Of a stretch of 64,000 nucleotides of DNA, positions 51,288-60,597 are shown piece after piece. A program made the translations under genes and the position numbers. The stretch comes from Deltaproteobacteria bacterium (GTDB lineage Bacteria; Desulfobacterota; GWC2-55-46). Each line of letters opens with the position of its first letter. The stretch's first letter is position 1. The notes beneath the pieces were generated by a model. It was not told the origin of the DNA, searched no databases, and saw nothing but the letters and a program-made list of their open reading frames with translations. The stretch covers positions 50,161 through 114,160 of the forward strand of contig JACOUO010000011.1 in the NCBI GenBank assembly GCA_016177845.1, written 5' to 3'.

Positions 51288-53600
51288 TTACTGTTCTTTT
51301 TTCCCTGATATTTCCTTAAGAGCCTTCCTTGCTTCATCAGAGCCCTTGAACCTGTCGCTCAGTTTAAGCGCTGAGCTGAGTTCTTCCTTCGCCAGTTTCA
51401 AATCCCCTTTTTTATAATAAGCCATCCCAAGGTGATAACGGATTGTGGGGTTGTCAGGCGCTTTTTCAACGCTTTCCTTAAGAAGAGAGACGGCTTTCAG
51501 ATATGTCTCTCTTTGGAAATATATCCAGCCGAGAGTATCTGATATCTGCGGGTCATCAGGCAACTCCTCTTTTGCCGCTTGAGCAAGGGGCAGGGCATCA
51601 TCGATCTTGTTCTGCTGCACATATATCCATGCGAGATTATTTGCCGCAGGCGCGTACTTCGGATTGATGTTAAGGGCTTTTTTATAGTTCTCTGCGGCTG
51701 CGTCAAGCTTTCCGATAGTTTCGAATGTAAGGCCAAGGTGCATATACGGAGGGATGCTTCCGGGGTCTGACTTTATCGCGCTCTTGTATTGGTCAATTGA
51801 CTTGCTGACCTCTCCATTTTCAGCGTATATCTTGCCAAGCTCTATATATGCTGCCGTCATGCCAGGTTGAAGGGTGATACATTTTTTATAGGACTGTTCT
51901 GCGTTTGCCGTGTCATTCATCGAGCCGTAAATGCGGCCTTGCAGATAATACGCGAAAGGGTTCTGTTGTTTTGAAATATAGGCGTTGACCTTCTGGAGCG
52001 CTTTGCGGGGCTCGTTCCTTTCAATATGCAGCGAAGCAATTTCCCCGAGCGCGTCTATAAAGTCTGGGTTTTTGGAAAGAGCAATCTCATATTGTTCGAA
52101 GGCAGCTTTGAAGTTTCCCAGTTGCTTGTACGCGGCTGCCAAATTCGTGTAACCTGCTGCATCTTCAGGGGCAAGCTGCACGCAGGACCTGAAATGGTTC
52201 AGCGCCTCGTTGAACTGGCCTCTTTGAAACCTGATGGTGCCCGCGATAAGGTGGGCAGAATGGCTGTTCGGGTTTCTTTTTAGGATAAGCTCTACTTCAT
52301 CGAGAGCGAAACCTGAATCGCCTGAATCAAGGTAAATGGTTGCAAGGGCTATCCTGGCAGGCTCAAAATCAGGGGCGGCATTGAGCGCCTCGTTGAATTC
52401 TGTTTTTGACTGCTCGACATTTTTCTGAAGTGAGTACAGGTGCCCGAGGTAATAATGGCTGAGATGGAATTTCGGCCCTGTGGTTATCGAGCCCTTAAAA
52501 TCTGCCTCGGCCTCTTTTATCCTGTTCTCGGCTAAATGGAGCCTGCCTCTTAAATAAAGCGCAAAGAAATCGCGCGGGTCTTCTTTTATTGCCTCTTCTA
52601 CGAAAGGCGTTGCGCCTTTGAAGTCGTTTTTGTCCAGCAATATCTCCGCAATCCGTTTCTTAAGCACCATTGATTTCGGGTTTTTCTCTATTCCTCTTTT
52701 AAGCACCTCGATGGACCTGTTAGTGTTGCGCTCTCCGACATAAAATTCAGAAAGCATGAAATATCCTTCAGCTCTCTTCGGTTCGGCGCTGATTATCTGA
52801 TTATAAGTCTTCTCTGCTTCAGCCGGCCTGTTGGACGCAACATAGAAGTCAGCAAGGGCTGAGAGCACCTTGATATCATTGCGGTTGTTTTCAAGCGCCT
52901 TTTTTATCTCAGCTTCGGCTTCATGGTTTTTTGAGAGGCTGAAGTATAATGTAGATAGTGCAAGCCTTGGCGCGAAGTCGTCCTTTTTTACATCTATTGC
53001 TTTTTTGAGAAGTTCTTCGGCTTGAATAAAATTGTTTTCAGCCAGATGGATATTGGCGGCTATCATATAGGGTTTTACTGAATCGGGGTTCCCTTTCAGC
53101 ACTTGTTCAATTGTCTCCATAGCTTTTCTGAATCTCTTCTGTCCTGCCAGAGCCGCGGCCTTAAGCATTATTGCTTCAGCATTGGCAGGGTCTTTTTTGA
53201 GTATATGGTCTGCTTTTTCCTCGGCATTCTCATATTTTTTGAATGTAATGAAAAGCTCCCCGAGTTTGAGGTTAGCGTCCGTATGGTTTGGGTCAAGCTG
53301 GACAGTTTTGGAAAGCTCCTGGAATGCAGACATTATGTTAGGCACGCCTTCCAGTTTTAAATAAACCAGAGCGAGATTGTAATGCCCTTCAGCTTCATTT
53401 GTTTTGGCTTGTATCGCGTTTCTGAATTCTATTTCGGCCTCTTTGTATTTTTCAGATTCAAAATATTGTTTTCCGGTCTTCAGGTGCTCCTGAAATTTCT
53501 GCTGAGGCGTCTTTCCGCAGGCCGAGAGGTTAATAAAAAGGAGCCCAGCCAATAATATTTTCGCAAACCCTTTAAAAGAATTAGTTACGCGCTTCTCCAT
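51288..53600 (-). CDS. prsT: PEP-CTERM system TPR lipoprotein PrsT-like
   Basis: Lipobox LSAC, many TPRs, C-terminal NNLAW..DTLGW..YHLG; linked to prsK/prsR. Confidence 0.75.
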   Translation of the reverse strand: MEKRVTNSFKGFAKILLAGLLFINLSACGKTPQQKFQEHLKTGKQYFESEKYKEAEIEFRNAIQAKTNEAEGHYNLALVYLKLEGVPNIMSAFQELSKTVQLDPNHTDANLKLGELFITFKKYENAEEKADHILKKDPANAEAIMLKAAALAGQKRFRKAMETIEQVLKGNPDSVKPYMIAANIHLAENNFIQAEELLKKAIDVKKDDFAPRLALSTLYFSLSKNHEAEAEIKKALENNRNDIKVLSALADFYVASNRPAEAEKTYNQIISAEPKRAEGYFMLSEFYVGERNTNRSIEVLKRGIEKNPKSMVLKKRIAEILLDKNDFKGATPFVEEAIKEDPRDFFALYLRGRLHLAENRIKEAEADFKGSITTGPKFHLSHYYLGHLYSLQKNVEQSKTEFNEALNAAPDFEPARIALATIYLDSGDSGFALDEVELILKRNPNSHSAHLIAGTIRFQRGQFNEALNHFRSCVQLAPEDAAGYTNLAAAYKQLGNFKAAFEQYEIALSKNPDFIDALGEIASLHIERNEPRKALQKVNAYISKQQNPFAYYLQGRIYGSMNDTANAEQSYKKCITLQPGMTAAYIELGKIYAENGEVSKSIDQYKSAIKSDPGSIPPYMHLGLTFETIGKLDAAAENYKKALNINPKYAPAANNLAWIYVQQNKIDDALPLAQAAKEELPDDPQISDTLGWIYFQRETYLKAVSLLKESVEKAPDNPTIRYHLGMAYYKKGDLKLAKEELSSALKLSDRFKGSDEARKALKEISGKKEQ

Positions 53601-53685
53601 TAAGTCCTCCCGTGCGGGTGATTTTATATAAAAAAGCGCAAATCCAATTCTGGATTTGCGCTCAGAAAATAACCTGTTGTTGCGG

Positions 53686-55506
53686 CTACCCGATGCCTGT
53701 TAATTTTTTAAGGAACCATTTTGTCTCGCTTGCGTGCGGAAATTCCTCGTTGATGTTCAGTGCCTTTTCAAAGGCCTCTATCGCATTCTCATTGTGCTTC
53801 AATTTCTGGAAGAGAAGCCCCATATGGTAGTATATGACTGGATTGGCAGTGCCGTTCTTAAGTATGCCTGAATATGCTTCAAGGGCTTCATCATACCTGC
53901 CAAGCTTGAAATAAATCCATCCGAGTGCGTCTTTCATCTCTTCGTCTTCAGGGTTTATTGCCGCCCCTTTCATAGCGTATTCAAGAGCGTCCTTATTTGC
54001 CCCGGCTTCCGTAAGAGAGTGAGTGATTTTGAGATAAACATTTATTGACTGAGGTGAAGCTGCAACCGCTTTTTTATATTCCTCTAGCGCAAGGTCTTTT
54101 TTTCCGGATTTTTGATATATCTCGGCAAGCCTTGTGTTTATTTTTATTAGCCCGACGGCCTTTTTTCCTGCTTCGTTGTAATGTTCTATGGCCTGCCTGT
54201 AATCGTTTTTAATATCGTAAAGGTCTGCCAGTTCAATATGAGGTGCGATCATTCCAGGATGTTTTGCCAGAATTGCGGTGTACAGTTCCTGTGCCTTTTT
54301 ATGGTTGCCGAGCTTTGCTTCGGCCCGTGCCTTTGTTATCGTAAATAACGGGTTTGAGCTCTTGTCATTTTCAGCGGCCTTTACTGCCTGCATGTATAGG
54401 CCTGCCCTGTTATAGAGAGTTGCAAGTGTAAGTTGAGCAGTTGATGCAGTCTCGTCACTGAAGAGCGCAGAGGCCTTGAACCCTGCAATGTTGAAGTCGG
54501 CAAAAAAGTCCCCGGCTTTTGAAAATTCGCTATTAGCCTTCTCATAATCCTTTTCTGATATATGGATATTTGCCATTGCGAGATGTCCGGCATAGTCAAA
54601 CGGGTCTATCTCGATGGCCTTTGCTGCCGCCTCTTTTGCCTTTTCAAGATTGCCTTTAAGATGCCAAATTGCAGCGGTATTGAGGAAAGGCTCTTTTAAC
54701 TTCGGCGAGGCTGCGCTGAGCTTGCCGAATTCCAGCAATGCTTCATCATATTCCCCTTCAATAGTATTTATAAGCCCGAGGAAATATTCAGTAAGAAAAA
54801 AATCCGGATTCAGTTCCTTAAGTATTTTAAAATTCACCTTTGCCTGTTCCATGTCGCCTGTGAGGATATATCCGGTACCGAGGACAAGATATCCTCCCGA
54901 TGCCCTGACATCCTCCTTGACAGCTTTATCCGCGTAATCTATCGCGCTTTTAAAATTTTCTTCCGCAAGGTATATTCTGCTTAAATTTACATAGTCCGGC
55001 CGTATCGTAAGGAGTTTTTCGTAATATGTTTTTGCGTTCTTTAGAAGGCCCTGGCTTAAGTAAATTGAGCCGATATTTTTGATTACTTCCGGGTCATCTT
55101 TGATCTTCAATGATTCAAGGAGGTAATGGAGCGCCTTGTGGTAGCGCCTCTTGGTTATGTAGAACCTTCCCATGCCTCCATAAATATCCGAGGCAAAGTC
55201 CACATCAATTTTCATCACTGCTTCTGCCTGTTCGATAGCTTTCTTTTCGTTATTATTCCCGAGGTAGGCTATTGTAAGCAGGAAATACGCGGTAAGGTCC
55301 TTGGGGTCTTCTTTTATAACCTGAGACTCCATTGTAATGACTTTTTCGTATTCGCTTTTTTTAAGGAGGTCTATCGCGCTCTGATGTTTTGATTCAGGCA
55401 ATTTAGGCTGCTGTGTCAGCGGTATCGCGCCTGAAGCCGATGGAGCGAGAAGCGCGCAGCAGACAAGCATCAAAAAAAACATTTTAATTTTGTTTGTGAA
55501 GTGCAT
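53686..55506 (-). CDS. Secreted TPR protein
   Basis: Signal peptide, TPR repeats, DALGW..YHMG C-terminus similar to PrsT. Confidence 0.8.
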   Translation of the reverse strand: MHFTNKIKMFFLMLVCCALLAPSASGAIPLTQQPKLPESKHQSAIDLLKKSEYEKVITMESQVIKEDPKDLTAYFLLTIAYLGNNNEKKAIEQAEAVMKIDVDFASDIYGGMGRFYITKRRYHKALHYLLESLKIKDDPEVIKNIGSIYLSQGLLKNAKTYYEKLLTIRPDYVNLSRIYLAEENFKSAIDYADKAVKEDVRASGGYLVLGTGYILTGDMEQAKVNFKILKELNPDFFLTEYFLGLINTIEGEYDEALLEFGKLSAASPKLKEPFLNTAAIWHLKGNLEKAKEAAAKAIEIDPFDYAGHLAMANIHISEKDYEKANSEFSKAGDFFADFNIAGFKASALFSDETASTAQLTLATLYNRAGLYMQAVKAAENDKSSNPLFTITKARAEAKLGNHKKAQELYTAILAKHPGMIAPHIELADLYDIKNDYRQAIEHYNEAGKKAVGLIKINTRLAEIYQKSGKKDLALEEYKKAVAASPQSINVYLKITHSLTEAGANKDALEYAMKGAAINPEDEEMKDALGWIYFKLGRYDEALEAYSGILKNGTANPVIYYHMGLLFQKLKHNENAIEAFEKALNINEEFPHASETKWFLKKLTGIG

Positions 55507-55683
55507 TATCCTGATGACCTCCTTCAGTTACGGCTGAGTATACACCTGAAATTGCCGGTTCGCTTGCCGCTACAGCCTCATTTTTCTTTTATTTATTTAT
55601 TTTATGGCAGGAATACCCGCGTTGGTTTAATAGCGTACGGAAGGTTTTAAAACTAATGGGATAGCGGTAAATTGAAACTAAAC

Positions 55684-55713
55684 CTTGGTGCCCGGGTTGT
55701 CCCTGGCACCAAG
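55684..55713. terminator. Hairpin downstream of the PEP-CTERM gene
   Basis: CTTGGTGCC..GGCACCAAG; GTTT follows on the minus strand. Confidence 0.55.
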
Positions 55714-55735
55714 ATAGAGTTGCATAGAGAAAGGA

Positions 55736-55966
55736 TTAATTCTCTTTCTTCATTCTCTTAGCAATGCCGAGTGCTGAAAGGCCTGCTCCGACAAGAAGTA
55801 TTGTTGCAGGTTCAGGCGCGCGGTGAGTCGGAGGAGGGCAGGGCTGGTGCGAGTTCACGCTCTGGACAACAACGGGCTTGCTGTTTACCCCTGCCTCTGC
55901 GAGAGAATTGAAAGAAAGTAATGCTGAAAGTGCGATTGCTGCGCAAGCTGTGTAGATGATTTTCAT
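55736..55966 (-). CDS. Very small PEP-CTERM protein (76 aa)
   Basis: AAGGAGG RBS, signal peptide ending AEA, then APEP-ATILLVGAGLSALGIA-KRMKK sorting signal. Confidence 0.85.
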   Translation of the reverse strand: MKIIYTACAAIALSALLSFNSLAEAGVNSKPVVVQSVNSHQPCPPPTHRAPEPATILLVGAGLSALGIAKRMKKEN

Positions 55967-56303
55967 AGACACCCTCCTTAGATAGTGTGTTTAGAACAGC
56001 TGTCCTCGGGCCAGAAGCCCAGTTGAGCAGACAGAAAACCAGTAACATGGCGTAAACTCACCAAAGAACCTTTTATCTCTTTTTAAAGCGCTTAGTTGCC
56101 AAGAGTAAAAGGTCTCTGCCGTGTTATCAAAATTTTCTGAAAGCATTTTTTCAGGCTGCCGGCCCAGCGCTAATCAGATATCGGTACAAAAATTTTTATC
56201 AGAGAGTTTCGAGCCTTGGCGCCAAGGCTATTTCTCCGGTCCGACCAATACTGAATAGCCAAACTTTGCGGCAAACACTAAAGACCGGTCAATTACTTAT
56301 AAT

Positions 56304-56319
56304 AGCAAATAGCATGCCA
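56304..56319 (-). promoter_or_regulatory. Sigma54 promoter upstream of the PEP-CTERM gene
   Basis: Minus strand TGGCATGCTATTTGCT, exact GG-N10-GC spacing. Confidence 0.82.
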
Positions 56320-56479
56320 CGGTTTTTATTCTTAAAATTTGTCGGAATTACAGGGTTTTTTGATTATTTTTTTAACCTGTCACAGAGCACCTTGCAAAAC
56401 CGTCAACTAAAGGCGACGCGGAAAATTTATGTGCTCTGGATTTAGTATTGATTTTCAATATGTTAAAGCTCTCTTTGAC

Positions 56480-56496
56480 TGTAAAGGAGATTTACT
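56480..56496. promoter_or_regulatory. Candidate PrsR enhancer site
   Basis: TGTAAA-GGAGA-TTTACT near-palindrome about 165 bp upstream of the sigma54 box. Confidence 0.4.
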
Positions 56497-56515
56497 CCTG
56501 AGTCAGTATGTTTAC

Positions 56516-57862
56516 TTATTTTGGCTTGAGATTGTACTTTGAGATCAGCTTTGACAGGTATTGCCTGCTGATTCCAAGCTCTTTGGCGGATTTGCTTATA
56601 ACGCCTTTATTCCTGAAGAGCGCTTCGTGAATAAGCTTCTTTCTGAATTCTTCTTTTGCTTCAGCCATACTCCCTGAAGGCGCGGCCCTTGTGCTTTCAG
56701 GCGAGGGGAGATCAAGGTCTTCCGGCGAGATTTCCTTCATTCGGCACAGCGCCACTGCCCTTTTTATCTTATTTTCAAGCTCTCTGATATTGCCGGGCCA
56801 TGCGTATTGCTTAAGAGCTGTTACGGCATTGACAGAAAAGCCCTTTATTGTCCTGTTGTACTCCTTGGAAAATTTATTAAGAAAGGCAAGCGAGAGTGTG
56901 AAGATGTCCGCGCCCCTTTCCCTCAGAGGAGGCATCTTAAGCACTATCACGCCGAGCCTGAAATAAAGGTCTTCCCTGAATTCACCTGTTCTCGCCATAG
57001 CCTCAAGGTCTTTGTTTGTGGCTGAGATTATGCGCGTGTCTACAATTATCGGCTCGCGTCCGCCGACTCGCTCAATTGTCTGCTCCTGTAGAAACCTTAA
57101 TAGCTTTACCTGAAGCGTTTGGCTCAGCTCTCCTATCTCATCGAGAAAAAGAGTGCCGCCTTCAGCGTATTCTATTTTGCCTTTTTTCTGTGACTCAGCT
57201 CCTGTAAAAGACCCTTTCTCGTAGCCGAATAATTCCGTCTCAAGCAGGTTTTCGGGGATGGCCCCGCAGTTTATCACTATGAAAGGTTTGTCTCTCCTGT
57301 CGCTTGTTGAATGGATTTCTTTTGCGGCCAGCTCTTTTCCGGTCCCTGACTCACCGAGTATCAGGACAGGCACATTGACCGGAGCTACTTTTTGTATAAG
57401 GCCCAAAACTTCCTTCATCGGCTCGCTTGAGCCGAGCATACCCCTGTCCTGCTCACGCTTCTTATTATTTTCTTTCTGGAGGGAATAAAGACGGGAGGCC
57501 CTTTTTACAGTGATCTTGAGTTCATCAAGGTCAAGAGGCTTTGTAAAAAGGTCGAAAACCCCTAAGTCGATTGCCTTAAGGGCTGTCTCCTTTTCATGTA
57601 TGCCTGTAGATATAAGGATCTTGGATAGAGGGTCTGACTGGAGTATATCCTGTACTGTTTTAAAGCCTTCTGAAGCGTCATCAAGGCTTGGAGGAAGCCG
57701 CAGGTCAAGTATGACAACCCCCGGACGCGCTGAATGGGCGAGCGCAAGAGCCTCATCCCTGTTGGCTGCTTCAAATATCTCGTACTCCTCGCTGAAACTC
57801 CACCGAAGCTGATTGCGCGCTTCAGCTTCATCATCTACTATGAGCAGCCCTTGTTTGCTCAT
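56516..57862 (-). CDS. Second PrsR-like sigma54-dependent response regulator
   Basis: Receiver with LDLRLPP, GESGTGKE, GSFTGA, HTH; start reassigned to MSKQG. Confidence 0.85.
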   Translation of the reverse strand: MSKQGLLIVDDEAEARNQLRWSFSEEYEIFEAANRDEALALAHSARPGVVILDLRLPPSLDDASEGFKTVQDILQSDPLSKILISTGIHEKETALKAIDLGVFDLFTKPLDLDELKITVKRASRLYSLQKENNKKREQDRGMLGSSEPMKEVLGLIQKVAPVNVPVLILGESGTGKELAAKEIHSTSDRRDKPFIVINCGAIPENLLETELFGYEKGSFTGAESQKKGKIEYAEGGTLFLDEIGELSQTLQVKLLRFLQEQTIERVGGREPIIVDTRIISATNKDLEAMARTGEFREDLYFRLGVIVLKMPPLRERGADIFTLSLAFLNKFSKEYNRTIKGFSVNAVTALKQYAWPGNIRELENKIKRAVALCRMKEISPEDLDLPSPESTRAAPSGSMAEAKEEFRKKLIHEALFRNKGVISKSAKELGISRQYLSKLISKYNLKPK

Positions 57863-57885
57863 AAGGTTTTTTTTCTTTCTTTTGG

Positions 57886-59208
57886 TTAAGCTTTGACTAC
57901 GTTTGGGGCCTTGAAGGCCGATGTCGCGTTTCTTGTGTCCACCACAAGCTGGCTGTTCTCTACTATCCATTTGTAGTCATAGGCAGTATGGTCGGTTGCT
58001 ATCAGCACGCAATCATATTTCCTGATGCTGTCCTGCGTAATGTTTACGGAACGGAGCCTGAAGTCATTATTGTGGTTGGTAGCCGAAGGGACGAACGGGT
58101 CATTGTACGAGACCTTTGCGCCTTTCTCCCTTAATATCCTTATGAGCTCAAGCGAAGGGGATTCGCGCATGTCATCCACATTTTTCTTGTATGCGATGCC
58201 GAGGAGCAGAATGTTAGAGCCTTTCATGCTCTTGCCCCTCTCATTAAGCGCCTCCATAACCTTATGCACTACATAATAAGGCATGTTTGTGTTTATCTCT
58301 CCGGCAAGTTCTATGAAGCGCGTTGAGAAATCGTATTCGCGCGCCTTCCATGTGAGATAGAAAGGGTCTATGGGTATACAGTGGCCGCCAAGCCCCGGTC
58401 CCGGATAGAATGCCTGAAAGCCGAACGGTTTCGTGTTGGAGGCGTCTATCACTTCCCATATGTCTATTTTCATCCTGTCGCACAGCATCTTCAGCTCATT
58501 TACAAGTGCGATGTTGACGCTCCTGTAGATGTTTTCAAGCAGCTTTGACATCTCGGCTACCTTTGTTGTTGAGACGGGGATTACATTCTCGATTATTTTG
58601 GAGTAGAGCGAGCACCCTATCTTTCCGCAGCTTCTTGTAACGCCTCCCACTATTTTAGGCGTATTTTTTGTGGTGAAGTCAATCCTGCCCGGGTCTTCTC
58701 TTTCAGGAGAAAAGACCAGGAAAAAATCCCTGCCGGCCTTAAGTCCGTTCTTATGGAAAAGCGGAAGCAATATCTCTTCAGTGGTCCCGGGGTATGTTGT
58801 TGATTCAAGCGCTATCAACTGACCCTGCCTCAGGTACCTTGAGACATCTTTGGCCGAGCTTTCGACAAAGCTCAGGTCCGGTTCTCTTTTGTCTGAAAGC
58901 GGGGTCGGCACGCAGATGATTACCGCGTCCGCTTCGCTTAAAAGGGACATATCCATTGTCGCAACGAAGGACGGAGACTCGCCTTTCACAAGATTTGAAA
59001 TCTTCTCCGAAGGAATATGCTTGATGTAGGAAACGCCTGAATTGAGACTCTTTACCTTTTCAGGGTCCTTGTCAAAACCTATTACATTAAAACCCTCCTC
59101 GCAGAACCTGATTACAATTGGAAGCCCAACATAACCCAGCCCTATTACGCCTATCTTAGCCTCTTTGTTTTCAATGAGATTCAAAAGACTTCTGTAAACC
59201 TGAGACAT
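57886..59208 (-). CDS. UDP-N-acetylhexosamine/UDP-glucose 6-dehydrogenase family protein
   Basis: GLGYVG, CVPTP, ESTTYPG, SPER.DPG, GGHCIPIDP, D.RESP. Confidence 0.92.
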   Translation of the reverse strand: MSQVYRSLLNLIENKEAKIGVIGLGYVGLPIVIRFCEEGFNVIGFDKDPEKVKSLNSGVSYIKHIPSEKISNLVKGESPSFVATMDMSLLSEADAVIICVPTPLSDKREPDLSFVESSAKDVSRYLRQGQLIALESTTYPGTTEEILLPLFHKNGLKAGRDFFLVFSPEREDPGRIDFTTKNTPKIVGGVTRSCGKIGCSLYSKIIENVIPVSTTKVAEMSKLLENIYRSVNIALVNELKMLCDRMKIDIWEVIDASNTKPFGFQAFYPGPGLGGHCIPIDPFYLTWKAREYDFSTRFIELAGEINTNMPYYVVHKVMEALNERGKSMKGSNILLLGIAYKKNVDDMRESPSLELIRILREKGAKVSYNDPFVPSATNHNNDFRLRSVNITQDSIRKYDCVLIATDHTAYDYKWIVENSQLVVDTRNATSAFKAPNVVKA

Positions 59209-59221
59209 ATCCTGTACCCCC

Positions 59222-60568
59222 TCAATGCGTTATATTGTGCTTTTTGATAATGTGGTGCACAGTCGGCCTGCTGAGCCCGAGCTCTTCGGCAGCTTTACTG
59301 ATATTGCCGTTATGTTTGATGATGGCCATGCTGACGAACTTGTACTCAAGGTCCTCTTTCGCCTTTTTCAGATCAAGCTGTGAAGTCTCTTCAAAGGTCC
59401 CGAACCCAAGGTCCGCCGGTTTTATCAGCGGCCCTTCAGAGAATGTGATAGCCCGCCTGACCCTGTTCTCAAGCTCTCTGACATTGCCGGGCCATTCATA
59501 TGTATTTATCGATTCAATAGCCTCTATGCTCAATGCCTTTGGCAAGGTTTTATCGGTAGAGAACTTCTGAAGGAAGTTCCTTGCCAGAAGTATCAGGTCA
59601 TCGCCCCTCTCACGCAGGGGAGGCAGTTCCATAGTCACAACCGCGAGCCTGTAGTAAAGGTCCTCCCTGAATTTTTCTTCTTTGATTAATTTTTTGATAT
59701 TCCTGTTCGTTGCGGCAATTATCCTTACATCCATGTCAAGGGTCTCTCGTCCGCCGACCCTTTCAACCTTATGGTCCTGCAGGAACCTAAGGAGCTTTAC
59801 CTGAAGCGCAAGCGGAAGCTCCCCTATTTCATCAAGGAAGAGTGTACCGGTCTGCGCAAGTTCGATTTTGCCGCTCCTTTGCATGTGTGCGCCTGTAAAC
59901 GCTCCCTTCTCATGTCCGAACAGTTCACTCTCAAGCAGATTGTCAGGAATGGCGCCGCAGTTTATGGGTATAAATGGCTTGCCCCGCCTGATGCTGTTGG
60001 AATGTATGGCGCGCGCTATAAGCTCTTTGCCTGTACCGCTCTCACCGGTTATAAGTACAGGGACATCTGTAGTTGCAACTCTCCTTACTGTTGAGAAAAT
60101 ATCCTGCATATTAGCGCTTGTGCCTATAATCTCCTCAAAGGGCTGGGTGTCTTTCTGACGCTGAAGCCTGCGGTACTCTTCTTCCAGCGTGTAGACATAA
60201 TATGCGCGCTTGAGTATTGTCTTCAGCTCATCGATATTGATGGGCTTGGTGAAAAAGTCATGAGCTCCCTGCGAGATAGCCTTTAGTGCTGATGGCTTAT
60301 CCGAATTGCCAGTCACGATTATGACTTTCACTATAGGGTCGTGCTGGAGTATCCTGCCCAAAACCCTCAACCCTTCAGTTATGTCATGTGGGTGAGGCGG
60401 CAGTCCCAGGTCCAGCGTTATCAGGGGAGGGCGTTCCGTCCTGAGTATCTGGATTGCTTTTTCTGCCTCAAGAGCGAAGAAAAGGTCATAGTCGCCTGAC
60501 AGCGCCCATTTCATTTGCGCCCTTACGGACTCATCATCTTCGATAATCAATAATTTTTGTTTCTCCAT
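59222..60568 (-). CDS. prsR: PEP-CTERM-box response regulator PrsR
   Basis: TLDLGLPP receiver motif, GAFTGA, HTH; directly after prsK. Confidence 0.85.
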   Translation of the reverse strand: MEKQKLLIIEDDESVRAQMKWALSGDYDLFFALEAEKAIQILRTERPPLITLDLGLPPHPHDITEGLRVLGRILQHDPIVKVIIVTGNSDKPSALKAISQGAHDFFTKPINIDELKTILKRAYYVYTLEEEYRRLQRQKDTQPFEEIIGTSANMQDIFSTVRRVATTDVPVLITGESGTGKELIARAIHSNSIRRGKPFIPINCGAIPDNLLESELFGHEKGAFTGAHMQRSGKIELAQTGTLFLDEIGELPLALQVKLLRFLQDHKVERVGGRETLDMDVRIIAATNRNIKKLIKEEKFREDLYYRLAVVTMELPPLRERGDDLILLARNFLQKFSTDKTLPKALSIEAIESINTYEWPGNVRELENRVRRAITFSEGPLIKPADLGFGTFEETSQLDLKKAKEDLEYKFVSMAIIKHNGNISKAAEELGLSRPTVHHIIKKHNITH

Positions 60569-60597
60569 GTCCTTTGCCTTTTGATTATCTGTTAGTG

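Noticed and set aside
55812-56048. 78-aa ORF overlapping the PEP-CTERM gene
   Set aside because: Alternative frame with no motif and no clear RBS.
56226-56275. Second GEMM riboswitch on the minus strand (CCGCAAAG..ATAGCC)
   Set aside because: It lacks the GCAAA-P2-GNRA module and the tetraloop receptor.
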